A DNA stretch of 43,101 nt. Source: Gemmatimonadaceae bacterium (lineage in GTDB: Bacteria; Gemmatimonadota; Gemmatimonadetes; Gemmatimonadales; Gemmatimonadaceae). This document shows, piece by piece, positions 27,908 through 37,301 of the stretch. Made by a program: the position numbers and the translations under genes. The notes under the pieces are model-generated. The model ran no database searches and was not told the DNA's origin. It saw only the letters and a program-made list of their open reading frames with translations. The stretch spans positions 1 through 43,101 of the forward strand of contig JANRJP010000032.1 in NCBI GenBank assembly GCA_033763905.1, given 5' to 3'. The number at the start of each line of letters is the position of its first letter. The first letter of the stretch is position 1.

Positions 27908-29617
27908 ATGCGAAACCCAGTCCTCGCCGCCGCGTGCCTCGCGGCGGTTGCCGTCACCACTGCGCCGCCGATGGCGACGGCGCAGGCCCCCGCTGCAAAG
28001 GCCGCCAAGGCGGCCCGCGCGTCATCCAAGCCGGCGACGACCGCCGCCATTACGGTCGCGGATCTCCGGCACCGCTCCTTCGTGTACGCCGATGACTCGA
28101 TGGGCGGCCGCGGGACGGCGACGATCGGTCACGTGAAGGCCACGAACTACATCGCGGCGGAGCTGGCCCGCATCGGGGCGACGCCTGCGGGTGACAACGG
28201 TACCTTCTTCCAGGCCGTGCCGATCGTGGTTCGCGCGCCAGACGCCTCGACGGTGCCAAGCGTCAACGGCACACGCTTCGAGTCGGGCAAGGACTACATC
28301 GCGCGCGACCAAGGGCCGGGGATGCGGTCGATCGACGGCGCGGCCGTCGTCTTCGGCGGGACCGCGGGCGACACGGCGTCGATGATTTCACCCGAGGCAG
28401 CCGCCGGCAAGTTCGTGCTGCTTGCGGTGCCGTCGGGGGCGTCGCCGACGCCGAACCGACAGATCCTCACGCGGCGCTACATCCGGGCCGCGGGCATTGG
28501 CGTGATTTCGCTCGAGCGGCTGCCCGATGAGCTCAAGGCCGCGCTGAGCCAGTCGGGCCCGACGCTGGCGGGCTCCACGCCGAATGCGCCGTCGTTGCCC
28601 GTCTATGCGTATCTCTCGACGGCGATGGCCAATGCGATGCTCGGCGCACCGGTGACGTCGGCGGCGAGCGGTGCGGCTGGCGGCACGATCACCGGCACGA
28701 TTCGCTTCGTCGAGCAGCCGACCGAACACCCAGTGCGCAACGTCGTGGCGATCGTGCCCGGGAGCGATCCCACGCTCAAGTCGCAGTACGTCGTCCTCGG
28801 CGCCCATTCCGATCACATCGGCTACGAGGTCGGCACGAACTACGACAGCGACTCGGTGCGGATCGGCAACCAGCTCTTTCGCAAGGGCGGCGCCGACGAA
28901 GCCCCGGTGACGCTGACGGCTGCGCAGAGGGATACGCTCAAGGCAAAGCTGACCGCGGTTCGCGGCAACGCGCCGGCGCGTCGCGACTCGATCTACAACG
29001 GCGCCGATGACGATGGCTCGGGCTCGATGGGGCTGCTCGAGGTCGCCGAGTACTTCGCGGCGAACCCGAAGTTGCGTCCGTCGCGCTCGCTGCTGTTCGT
29101 CTGGCACACCTCGGAGGAACTCGGCCTGTGGGGGTCGGAGTGGTACACCGACCACCCGACCGTGCCGCGCGACTCGATCGTGGCGGCGATCAACATCGAC
29201 ATGATCGGTCGCGGCTCGAAGACGGATATCCCGAACGGCGGTGACGACTACATCCAACTGCTCGGGTCGCGCCGCCTCTCCACGGTGTATGGCGATTTCG
29301 TCGAGACGGTAGCGAAGGCCGCGCCGCACGCGTTGCGGCTCGACTACACGTTCGACGCGCCGGGACACCCGCAGCAGTACTACTGCCGCTCCGATCACTG
29401 GAACTACGCGCGGTACGGGATTCCGACGGTGTTCTTCTCGACCGGTGGGCACGGGGACTACCATATGGTCAGCGACGAAGCCGCCTATCTCGACTATCCG
29501 CACTTCCGGCGCGTGGTGCAGTTCGTTGCCGATCTCGCGCAGAAGGCCGGCAACCGGGTCGGCGGCTTCCCGCTCGACAAGCCGGTGCCGGGCCCGAACG
29601 CGCAGTGCGTGCAGTAA
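27908..29617 (+). CDS. Secreted M28 family peptidase with PA-like insert
   Basis: Signal peptide, DDSMGGR, GAHSDH, NGADDDGSG, SEELGLWGS, NIDMIGR, RSDH and DYH. Confidence 0.92.
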   Translation: MRNPVLAAACLAAVAVTTAPPMATAQAPAAKAAKAARASSKPATTAAITVADLRHRSFVYADDSMGGRGTATIGHVKATNYIAAELARIGATPAGDNGTFFQAVPIVVRAPDASTVPSVNGTRFESGKDYIARDQGPGMRSIDGAAVVFGGTAGDTASMISPEAAAGKFVLLAVPSGASPTPNRQILTRRYIRAAGIGVISLERLPDELKAALSQSGPTLAGSTPNAPSLPVYAYLSTAMANAMLGAPVTSAASGAAGGTITGTIRFVEQPTEHPVRNVVAIVPGSDPTLKSQYVVLGAHSDHIGYEVGTNYDSDSVRIGNQLFRKGGADEAPVTLTAAQRDTLKAKLTAVRGNAPARRDSIYNGADDDGSGSMGLLEVAEYFAANPKLRPSRSLLFVWHTSEELGLWGSEWYTDHPTVPRDSIVAAINIDMIGRGSKTDIPNGGDDYIQLLGSRRLSTVYGDFVETVAKAAPHALRLDYTFDAPGHPQQYYCRSDHWNYARYGIPTVFFSTGGHGDYHMVSDEAAYLDYPHFRRVVQFVADLAQKAGNRVGGFPLDKPVPGPNAQCVQ

Positions 29618-29633
29618 CGGCGCCGCGCGTGCG

Positions 29634-30347
29634 TTACGTCTGCTCCGCCACGGCCGCCTCGCGTGGGCCGTGGACGGAGCGGGCTAGCGCGGTTTGCGCG
29701 ACCCAATAGGTGAGCAGCACGGCGATCCGATCTGCGGGCGACGGCAACACGTCGCCGAATCGCTCGGTCGCCAAGGTGAGATCGCTCACGACGAACCAGA
29801 ACATCCCGAGTCCCGCCAGGCGACCCCACGGCGTGTGGACCAGCGACATCGCCTGATGGGCGGTACAGGAGATCACCGCCGCATAGCCGAGCACCGGTAC
29901 GAGTAGCGCACCGAGCGCATTGCCGTCGGTCAGCGCAAAGTGCCAGAAGAACGCGCCATTGGCGGCGCCAAGGGGGAGCAGTGGCCACCACGACCGCTGC
30001 CATCCGGCTTCCCGGACGCAGGCGGTGAGGTACGCCAGGTGGCCAATGAGAAAGGCGCCGAGCCCGAACAGGAACCACTCGTCGCGGAGCATCAGCAGGA
30101 CATCGCCGAGCAGGCCACAGGTCATCCCCGCGACGATCCAGGCTCGGTATCGGGCCGACACCGCGCTGCCGCCCGCGATCGCGAATCCGATGCACAAGCC
30201 CGTCGCGAGCGGCTTGGCGATGTAATGCAACCAGTCCAGCGACCAGACCGCGCCGACGATCGCGAGCGCTGCCGCCGCGGCGATGTTGCGCAGCCATCGC
30301 CGCGCGACCGGTGCCGAGAGCGATCGCGACGTCGTCGACGCCGTCAT
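29634..30347 (-). CDS. YhhN family lysoplasmalogenase-like membrane protein
   Basis: AKPL, GDVLLM, FLFGLGAFLIGHLAY, FVVSDLTLA and TYWVAQ. Confidence 0.88.
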   Translation of the reverse strand: MTASTTSRSLSAPVARRWLRNIAAAAALAIVGAVWSLDWLHYIAKPLATGLCIGFAIAGGSAVSARYRAWIVAGMTCGLLGDVLLMLRDEWFLFGLGAFLIGHLAYLTACVREAGWQRSWWPLLPLGAANGAFFWHFALTDGNALGALLVPVLGYAAVISCTAHQAMSLVHTPWGRLAGLGMFWFVVSDLTLATERFGDVLPSPADRIAVLLTYWVAQTALARSVHGPREAAVAEQT

Positions 30348-31099
30348 CGGCCGGCGGTGTACTTCGTCAGGTACAGATTGAGCGAGCCGAACGAGAGCTT
30401 GCTACGCAGCTGCAGCACACGCCGGGTGGAGTCATCGGCGAGCCAGACTTCCGCGCGACCGCCCTCGGAGAAGATGCCTCGGGTCTTGAAGAGCGGCTGT
30501 ACGACGATCGCATCGAAGGTGCCTGCCGGCACCCGGATCCGCTCGCGGCGCAGCACCACGAGGCGCACGGGATTCGTTTCCGGCTTGAAGTAGCGGGCCC
30601 ATTCGTACGAACTGCCGACTTCGAGCGGCTGGGTGCGCACGAAGAAGAGGAACGATGCATCGTCCAGCGGAGCGGCGACCGTCGGCGACGTGCCCTTCCC
30701 GCGCTCGTCCAGTTCGAGTCGTTCGGGAAAGAAGTCGTAGCGACGAGAATACGACTTGGGTCCTTCCTGCAGTTCTTGCGTGAAGCGTCGTGAGAACTGT
30801 GCGGCCGGATCGTACCACGACTGCATCACGTCATTGATGCGGAAGAACGGAATCCCGCCGCGCACCGCGAAGCGAAGGATCCAGGTCGGCGCACCGCCGA
30901 TCGTCTCGCCGCTGTCCACACGAATCGAGCCCGAGCCGATGCCGACGCCGCTGAACTCCACCGAATACAGCGCCAACTCGCCGGGGCGAAACGGCGGGGA
31001 TGCCGGCGCGGACTGGGTCGCGGCCGGTGACGCCCAGCCGACCGCGAGCGCGAGCGTCGCGCGCCACGCGCGTCGCCACCAGCGACCAGCCGGAGACAT
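30344..31099 (-). CDS. DUF3108 family exported beta-rich protein
   Basis: Signal peptide, PFRPGELALYSV, VPAGTFDAIVV and VWLADDSTR. Confidence 0.8.
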   Translation of the reverse strand: MSPAGRWWRRAWRATLALAVGWASPAATQSAPASPPFRPGELALYSVEFSGVGIGSGSIRVDSGETIGGAPTWILRFAVRGGIPFFRINDVMQSWYDPAAQFSRRFTQELQEGPKSYSRRYDFFPERLELDERGKGTSPTVAAPLDDASFLFFVRTQPLEVGSSYEWARYFKPETNPVRLVVLRRERIRVPAGTFDAIVVQPLFKTRGIFSEGGRAEVWLADDSTRRVLQLRSKLSFGSLNLYLTKYTAGR

Positions 31100-31105
31100 C
31101 ACGCG

Positions 31106-32230
31106 TTACGCAAAGATGCCGCGCAACGCACCAACGAAGCGCTCGGTGTCCGCCGGGGTGCCCGTCGACACGCGACACCAGTCCAGCATCGGCGGGAACG
31201 GGCGGCCCACGTCGATGCCGCGTTCGGCGAACTGCTGAATCACGTCACTAATCGGTCGGCCGGTATGGAAGAACACCATATTGCCGTGACTCGGGACGTA
31301 GCGCCGCTTGAGCCCGTCGAGTGCACGGTAGATCGTCTCGCGCGAGGCCGCGTTCTGTCGGCGGACGAACTGCTGCGCCTCGGTATCCTGCACGGCAGCG
31401 ATCGCGGCGCGCAACGCCATCGCGTTCGGGAACCCTTGCCGGTACGCGGCAATGCGCGCCAGGATGTCCGGTCGCGCGACGAGGAAGCCCACGCGCAGGC
31501 CAGCCATCCCGTGAATCTTGCTCGCCGTGCGCGAGACGACCACGTCGTAGCCCTGCGTCACCAGCGGCATCATCGACCGATGGCCCGGTACCTCGACGTA
31601 TTCGTGGTAGGCCTCATCGATGAAGACCGGCGCTTTGGCGCTCACCCGCTTGGTGAAGCCCTCGAGCTGGTCGGCGTTCACCAAGGTGCCCGTCGGGTTG
31701 TTGGGATTCACGACGAAGACCATTCGCGTGAAGGGCCCGACGCGTTTCTCGATTGCCGGCAAGTCGAAGGACAGGTTGGCGTCCAGCGGCACGCGGACGA
31801 TCTTCGCCCCGAGGGTCTCGGCGTAGGACAGCAGTTGATCGTAGGTCGGCTGAGCGCTGATCACTTCGCCGCCCGCGCAGAACGCCGCCGCCGACGCGCA
31901 CAGTCCTTCGGCCGAGCCCTGTGTAATGAGAATGTGATCGGCGGGCACCTGCCACTGCGCGGCGAGACTGGCGCGCAGCTCGGGAGCACCTGCCGGTCCG
32001 TAGCGATTGGACTCATCCCACGCACGCATCATCGCGTCGCGTGCACTCTTTGGCGGGCCGTAGGGATTCTCGTTGGACGCGAGTCGCGCCCGGCTTTCAG
32101 CATCTGGCGCCGACGAGTCTCCCGCGCCATCCGCCACCGTCGGCATCGCGAGGGATTCGCGCCCAAGGAGCAGGGTCGCGCCGGCGAGCATCGAGGAGTT
32201 GCGGAGCCAGACGCGGCGATTCATCGACAT
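31106..32230 (-). CDS. Class I/II PLP aminotransferase (HisC-like) with twin-arginine signal
   Basis: MNRRVWL Tat-like leader, LASNENPYGP, NPNNPTG, DEAY and SRTASKIHGMAGLRVG. Alternative GTG start at 32269. Confidence 0.9.
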   Translation of the reverse strand: MSMNRRVWLRNSSMLAGATLLLGRESLAMPTVADGAGDSSAPDAESRARLASNENPYGPPKSARDAMMRAWDESNRYGPAGAPELRASLAAQWQVPADHILITQGSAEGLCASAAAFCAGGEVISAQPTYDQLLSYAETLGAKIVRVPLDANLSFDLPAIEKRVGPFTRMVFVVNPNNPTGTLVNADQLEGFTKRVSAKAPVFIDEAYHEYVEVPGHRSMMPLVTQGYDVVVSRTASKIHGMAGLRVGFLVARPDILARIAAYRQGFPNAMALRAAIAAVQDTEAQQFVRRQNAASRETIYRALDGLKRRYVPSHGNMVFFHTGRPISDVIQQFAERGIDVGRPFPPMLDWCRVSTGTPADTERFVGALRGIFA

Positions 32231-32317
32231 AGGCGGGCCAGCGGGTGGGAGGTTTTTGAATACTGACACGACTCGTCACCGGGCGCGAGGGTCGCCCGGT
32301 GCTGGGACGGCCACAGA

Positions 32318-34468
32318 TCACGACGATCGGCGACCGACCAGATACAGCGGTACGGCCAATGCGGCAACGAACACGGCAATTGCCAGCGTCGCCGACTCGG
32401 CCAGCGGGCCAAGGTGTTCCGCCAGATTCAATCCCTTGTCCCAGCCCTGCACGGCGATTCCCGCGAGCAGGACGCCAGTGATGGCGCCGCCCGCGATCAG
32501 GCCGCTCGAGAACAGGACGCCCGGCCCCGAGTCGCCCTCGTGTCCTGCGGCGGCACCGCCCTGCTTGCGATCGACCAGCCAACGAATCACGCCGCCGGCA
32601 AACATCGTCGCACTCGTGGAGATCGGCAGATACACCCCGACAGCGATCGGGAGCGACGACAGACCCATGATCTCGAGCGCGACCGTCAAGAACGCCCCGA
32701 TGAGAATCAGGCCCCAGGGGAGCTTTTGCGTCAGAATGCCATCGACGACCAGCGCCATAATCTGCGCCTTGGGCGAATCGAGCTTGTCGACCTTGTTGCC
32801 ATCGTCGCCGACCGGCTCGCGGCCGCCGATGCCGGGATCCACGAGGAATCGGATCGCCCCGGCGTCGTCGACCAGGTAGCGCCCTGCGGGCGCGGCGCCG
32901 GTCCGCTCGTAGAGTTGTCCCTCGCGGTACGTCTTGCCGTCCGGTGCGACACGCGTGGCTTCGCTGACGGCATTGACCGCGACGCCGGGGTAGTCGCGTG
33001 CGACCAGCGTGGTCTTGGCCTCGTTGAGGAACGCGATGATGCCGCCCACAAGCAGCGCGCTCGTCACGGCCCCAAACACGAGCCCGATCTGCTGCCGCCG
33101 CGGCGTCGCGCCGACGAGGAACCCGGTCTTGAGGTCCTGCGACGTCGCGCCGGCGACGGCGGCCGCGACGCACACCACCCCGCCAATCGACAACGCCAGC
33201 ACGCGATGTTCGGTCTTGGTCATTCCCGCCGCGAGGAACAGCAGCGCCGTGAGCAACACCGTAGCGACCGTCATCCCGCTGATTGGGTTCGCGCTCGATC
33301 CGATCTGGCCCGTGATCCGGCTGGAGACGGTGACGAAGAGAAACGCGAAGAACAGCGCGAGCAGCGCGCCGACGAACGAGATGCCGATCTGCGGCAGGGC
33401 GACCATCGCGACCACGCACGCGACGGCACCGGCGAGGACGACCCCCATCGACAGCTCGCGGTCGGTCCGCGCGTCCGTCGCGCCGTCGCGGCCACCGCGC
33501 ATCGTCCCGAGTCCCGCAACCATCGCCCGCACGATGACCGGCAGCGACCGGCCAAGCGAAATCAGACCCGCAGCGGTGACCGCTCCCGCGCCGATGTAGA
33601 ACACGTAGTTCGCGCGGACCTGCATCGCGGTCATCTCGGCGATGCGGATCGTCGCCGGGAAGATCGGCTCCGCCAACCCCGCACCGAAGAGCTTGATCGC
33701 CGGAATGAGCACGAAGAACGACAGCAAGCCGCCCGCGAAGAGATAGCCGCTGATCTGTGGCCCGATGATGTACCCGACACCAGTGAGCTCCGGACTGACT
33801 TCGGCCTGCATTTCGCCGAACAACTGCTTGCTGCCGTTCGGGTTCACCTTCTCGAACACCCAGCGCGGCACCTCCGCCCACAAGTGCGCGCCGGCGTTCA
33901 GCAACTTGTAGAGCGCGCCGAGCCCGAAGCCCAGAAAGACCGTCTTCGCCTGCACGCCGCGTTCTTCACCGACGATCAGCACGTCGGCACACGCCGTCCC
34001 TTCGGGATACTTGAGGTTCTGGTGCTCCTTCACGATCAGGGATCGTCGAAGCGGCACCATCAGCAGGACGCCGAGCAACCCGCCCACCAGCGCGATTGCG
34101 GCCACCTTCGTCCAGGGCAGCTCATAGCCGAGGAGCAGCAGCGCAGGGAGCGTGAACACAATGCCCGCGGCAATCGATTCGCCCGCCGAGCCGGTGGTCT
34201 GCACGATGTTGTTGCGCAGAATCTGCGGGCCCTGCACCCCGGCGGCTTTGCTGATCCACCGGAAGATCGTGATGCTCAGTACGGCAATCGGAATCGACGC
34301 CGAGACGGTCAGGCCGATCTTGAGCGCGAGGTACACGCTCGAGGCCGCGAAGACGAGGCCGAGGCCGATACCGAGGAGGATTGCTCCCGGCGTCAGTTCA
34401 ACAAGATCGCGATCCGCGCTGATGTACGGCGAGGGCGCGGCGGCGGCAGTGGGCTGGGATTCGGGCAT
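32318..34468 (-). CDS. OPT family oligopeptide transporter
   Basis: YLALKIGLTVSASIP, NNIVQTTGSAGE, LKYPEGTACA, SANPISG, SQDLKTG and AVGVYLP. Confidence 0.95.
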   Translation of the reverse strand: MPESQPTAAAAPSPYISADRDLVELTPGAILLGIGLGLVFAASSVYLALKIGLTVSASIPIAVLSITIFRWISKAAGVQGPQILRNNIVQTTGSAGESIAAGIVFTLPALLLLGYELPWTKVAAIALVGGLLGVLLMVPLRRSLIVKEHQNLKYPEGTACADVLIVGEERGVQAKTVFLGFGLGALYKLLNAGAHLWAEVPRWVFEKVNPNGSKQLFGEMQAEVSPELTGVGYIIGPQISGYLFAGGLLSFFVLIPAIKLFGAGLAEPIFPATIRIAEMTAMQVRANYVFYIGAGAVTAAGLISLGRSLPVIVRAMVAGLGTMRGGRDGATDARTDRELSMGVVLAGAVACVVAMVALPQIGISFVGALLALFFAFLFVTVSSRITGQIGSSANPISGMTVATVLLTALLFLAAGMTKTEHRVLALSIGGVVCVAAAVAGATSQDLKTGFLVGATPRRQQIGLVFGAVTSALLVGGIIAFLNEAKTTLVARDYPGVAVNAVSEATRVAPDGKTYREGQLYERTGAAPAGRYLVDDAGAIRFLVDPGIGGREPVGDDGNKVDKLDSPKAQIMALVVDGILTQKLPWGLILIGAFLTVALEIMGLSSLPIAVGVYLPISTSATMFAGGVIRWLVDRKQGGAAAGHEGDSGPGVLFSSGLIAGGAITGVLLAGIAVQGWDKGLNLAEHLGPLAESATLAIAVFVAALAVPLYLVGRRSS

Positions 34469-34516
34469 CCCCGAATATGGCGACCGCGTCGCGCCGCCAC
34501 GACCGGCCAGCGACGC

Positions 34517-37198
34517 CTACGGCGTCTCGCCTTCGAGCGCGCGCGACTGCCGCAGGTACCGTGGCCAGCCATCGACGACCGGGCGCCGGGCGGCAACCGA
34601 GCGCGCGGCGGCACTGTCGCCGAGTTGCCGGTACCACGAGCCGATGAGCAGATCCGCCCATCGCGCGGCATCGCCCACGGCGCCTCCCGCCAGCGCCAGA
34701 CTGTCCATCGCGGCCAGCTTGCGACGGGCGCCGATCCGCTGTCGCGCCACCGACACCCCGGACTCCACCAAGGCGGCGCAGAGCATCGGCGGGGTGGCGA
34801 CCGGCGTCGTCACCCGCATAGGCGGCGCGAGCTTGAGTGGTGCGCTGGTCCGCTCGGCCGCTGCGGCGTCCCCCTGATGCAACTGGGCGAGCGCCAGCAG
34901 GCAGCGATCCGCCAAGCGGGCGGCTTCGTCACGCGCGTCGAGCGGCATCCGTTGTAGCCCCCGTGCGAGCGAATCCATCAGCGGCGCCATCGCCGTGTCG
35001 ACACCGGCGAACATCGCATCCAGCAGCCGGAGGCGGCGGCTTGCGCCGGACGCCGGCGTCGCCCCGTCCAGCGCCGCCAACGCGCGACGACGTGCGAGCG
35101 TGTCTTCGCGCGCCAGCGCGTCGCTGTGCTCGGCCAGCGCGAGATCCACGAGTTCGGTCGCGCGCGGCGTGCGGCCGCGCAGCGTCGTCAATGCGGCCCT
35201 TCCGATGTCGAGCGGGAGGAGGCCGAACTGCGCGAAGATCGCGGCATCGCGCACGGCCTCGTCGTCGAGTCGCGGGAGTTGCCGACGCAGGCGCACCACG
35301 CCGGCGGAATCGCCGAGGGCGCCGTCGAGCACCGCGCGAGCGACCAGGGCCGTCGCCGGCACACGGCTTCTCGCGGCGATCATCGAGTCGCGATTCCCGC
35401 CGAGCGCGAGGGCCGCGGCGAGCGGACGCCACGTGGCCACGGCGCCGTCGAGCGCGAGCGAGCGCTCGAGGGCCGCCTTGGCATCGGCGTACGGGGACGG
35501 CATCTCCATCGCCGCGCCGTGCGTCAGATACAGGCGCCCCAACGTCTGCCACGCGTCGGCACGATCCGGCGCCGACGCGGCGACCAGTTCCCACGCCACG
35601 CGCTGTTCCTGCGACGAGGTGGGGGCCGGATAGCGCGGTCCGGCGAGCGCGTTGAGCAGTGTGCGGTCGGTGGGGCTCAGCTGGTCGCGATGGGCCACGG
35701 CCAGGGCCAGCGCCGCGTCGTCCGGCTCGGCGGCGTTGCGGCGTGCCGCCAGAAACGCGAGACGGAGCGCCGCTTCGGCAAACGACGAATCCACCGCAAT
35801 CGCGGCGCGATAGGCCGCGGAGGCGTCGGCGAGCCGACCGCGCCGCTCGGCATCGACGCCATCGAGGTACCGGCGAATCGCGGTGAGTGGCGGTGTGGAG
35901 CCCAGCGGCACCTCGGTTCGGCGCTCACCACTGGCGAGCCCGGCCGCCAAGGTCGCGACAATACGACCCAGGCTATCGACCGGGCCCAGGGCGATGCCGG
36001 AGGCGATGGTCTGTCCCGTTTCGACGTCGATCAGCTGCGCGGTGAGGGTCAGGCGCCGCGCATTCCCCGTGGCCGCACCCACGACGACGCGGCGCCACAG
36101 CGCGCTCCGCGCGAGGTCGCGCGCCTCATCCACGGTGACGACATCGCGTCGATTCCGCTGCACGCCCTGCCACAGGCGCAGCGTGCGCCCGGGCTCGGCA
36201 ATGGATCGGCCGGTGGCCTCACCGATGCGTGGCGCGAGGAGTTCGACGATGCCCGCTTCAACCCAGCGCAGTTCGGGACTGGCCCCCGTGACGCGGAAGG
36301 GCAGGACGGCGATCTCGGTCGTGACCGGAGCGGATGCCGGTACCGTGCCGCGCTGGAGACCGAGCAGGACGCTCACGCCGATCACGAGACCGATCGGCAC
36401 AGGCAGCCACTGGGCCAATCGCAGGCCGAGTCGTGGCGTGCCGATGCGACCCGCACTTGCGAGGACGGATGGTGCCGGGCCGAGTTCGGCATCGAGACCA
36501 GCGCGGAGTGCCGCCAAGGGCTCCGGCAGCTCCACGACGCCCTGCGCGCGGAGCGACTGCGCGTACACGTCCAGCGTGCGGCGTGCGTCCGAGGCCGCAC
36601 CGGCGTCGAGCAGCACCCTCACGCGCAGGGCGACGGCGTCGGCATCGGTCGGTGCCATCGCGAGCCGACGGGAGAGAATCTCCTGCGCCCGCTCGGTGGC
36701 GCCGTCCCGCCAGGCCGCCTCGGCAAGGCGCAGCATCGCCGGCCGCGACTGCTCGATGCGCCGCTGCCGCTCGGCTACCAGCCAGTGCTCAAAGGCCGGG
36801 GACGCCCCGAGCGAGAAGCCATCGAGCAGCGGCCCGCGGTGCAGTTCGACCATTCGGACGTCATCGCCGGCGGCTACGGCTGCGTCCGCCGCCTGCAGGT
36901 CGCTCGTGACCAGCGCGGGGTCAAGCTGCAAGCTGGTGACGCCGGTAATGCACTCCGCTTCGCCGAGCAGTCGGCGCGTGAGGTAGACGAGCTGATTGAG
37001 GGCGTGCCGTCCCTTGCGGACATCGGCGTCCGGCCAGAGCAGCGCGATCAGCCGTTCCTTGGTGAACGGCTCGTCCGGCTGCGCGGCCAGCAGCGCCAGC
37101 AACGCGATGACGCGCCGTTGCTGATGCACCCCGACGACCGGTGCGCCGTCGCGTTCCACGACGGGAGTTCCGAGTAGTCGAAGGGTGATTGGCGGCAT
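34517..37198 (-). CDS. Membrane-anchored SARP/BTAD-type transcriptional regulator with TolB-like/TPR C-terminus
   Basis: LRLLGTP...LLALLA...LIALLWPD...L(N)QLVYLTRR (wHTH), RGPLLDG...FEHWL (BTAD), a TM (PIGLVIGVSVLLGL), IAVLPF and TPR-like helices. Confidence 0.8.
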   Translation of the reverse strand: MPPITLRLLGTPVVERDGAPVVGVHQQRRVIALLALLAAQPDEPFTKERLIALLWPDADVRKGRHALNQLVYLTRRLLGEAECITGVTSLQLDPALVTSDLQAADAAVAAGDDVRMVELHRGPLLDGFSLGASPAFEHWLVAERQRRIEQSRPAMLRLAEAAWRDGATERAQEILSRRLAMAPTDADAVALRVRVLLDAGAASDARRTLDVYAQSLRAQGVVELPEPLAALRAGLDAELGPAPSVLASAGRIGTPRLGLRLAQWLPVPIGLVIGVSVLLGLQRGTVPASAPVTTEIAVLPFRVTGASPELRWVEAGIVELLAPRIGEATGRSIAEPGRTLRLWQGVQRNRRDVVTVDEARDLARSALWRRVVVGAATGNARRLTLTAQLIDVETGQTIASGIALGPVDSLGRIVATLAAGLASGERRTEVPLGSTPPLTAIRRYLDGVDAERRGRLADASAAYRAAIAVDSSFAEAALRLAFLAARRNAAEPDDAALALAVAHRDQLSPTDRTLLNALAGPRYPAPTSSQEQRVAWELVAASAPDRADAWQTLGRLYLTHGAAMEMPSPYADAKAALERSLALDGAVATWRPLAAALALGGNRDSMIAARSRVPATALVARAVLDGALGDSAGVVRLRRQLPRLDDEAVRDAAIFAQFGLLPLDIGRAALTTLRGRTPRATELVDLALAEHSDALAREDTLARRRALAALDGATPASGASRRLRLLDAMFAGVDTAMAPLMDSLARGLQRMPLDARDEAARLADRCLLALAQLHQGDAAAAERTSAPLKLAPPMRVTTPVATPPMLCAALVESGVSVARQRIGARRKLAAMDSLALAGGAVGDAARWADLLIGSWYRQLGDSAAARSVAARRPVVDGWPRYLRQSRALEGETP

Positions 37199-37301
37199 TG
37201 GCGGGGAGGCGGACCGGAGAGCGCGACGAGACGCGCACCGGGCGGAATCTAGCGGCCCCGCCCCGGCGACTGTCGTTGCTACGGTCGCTAGGATTCGTCG
37301 A

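Noticed and set aside
32414..37177. 847-aa and 683-aa plus-strand ORFs
   Set aside because: Antisense shadows of OPT and the BTAD regulator.
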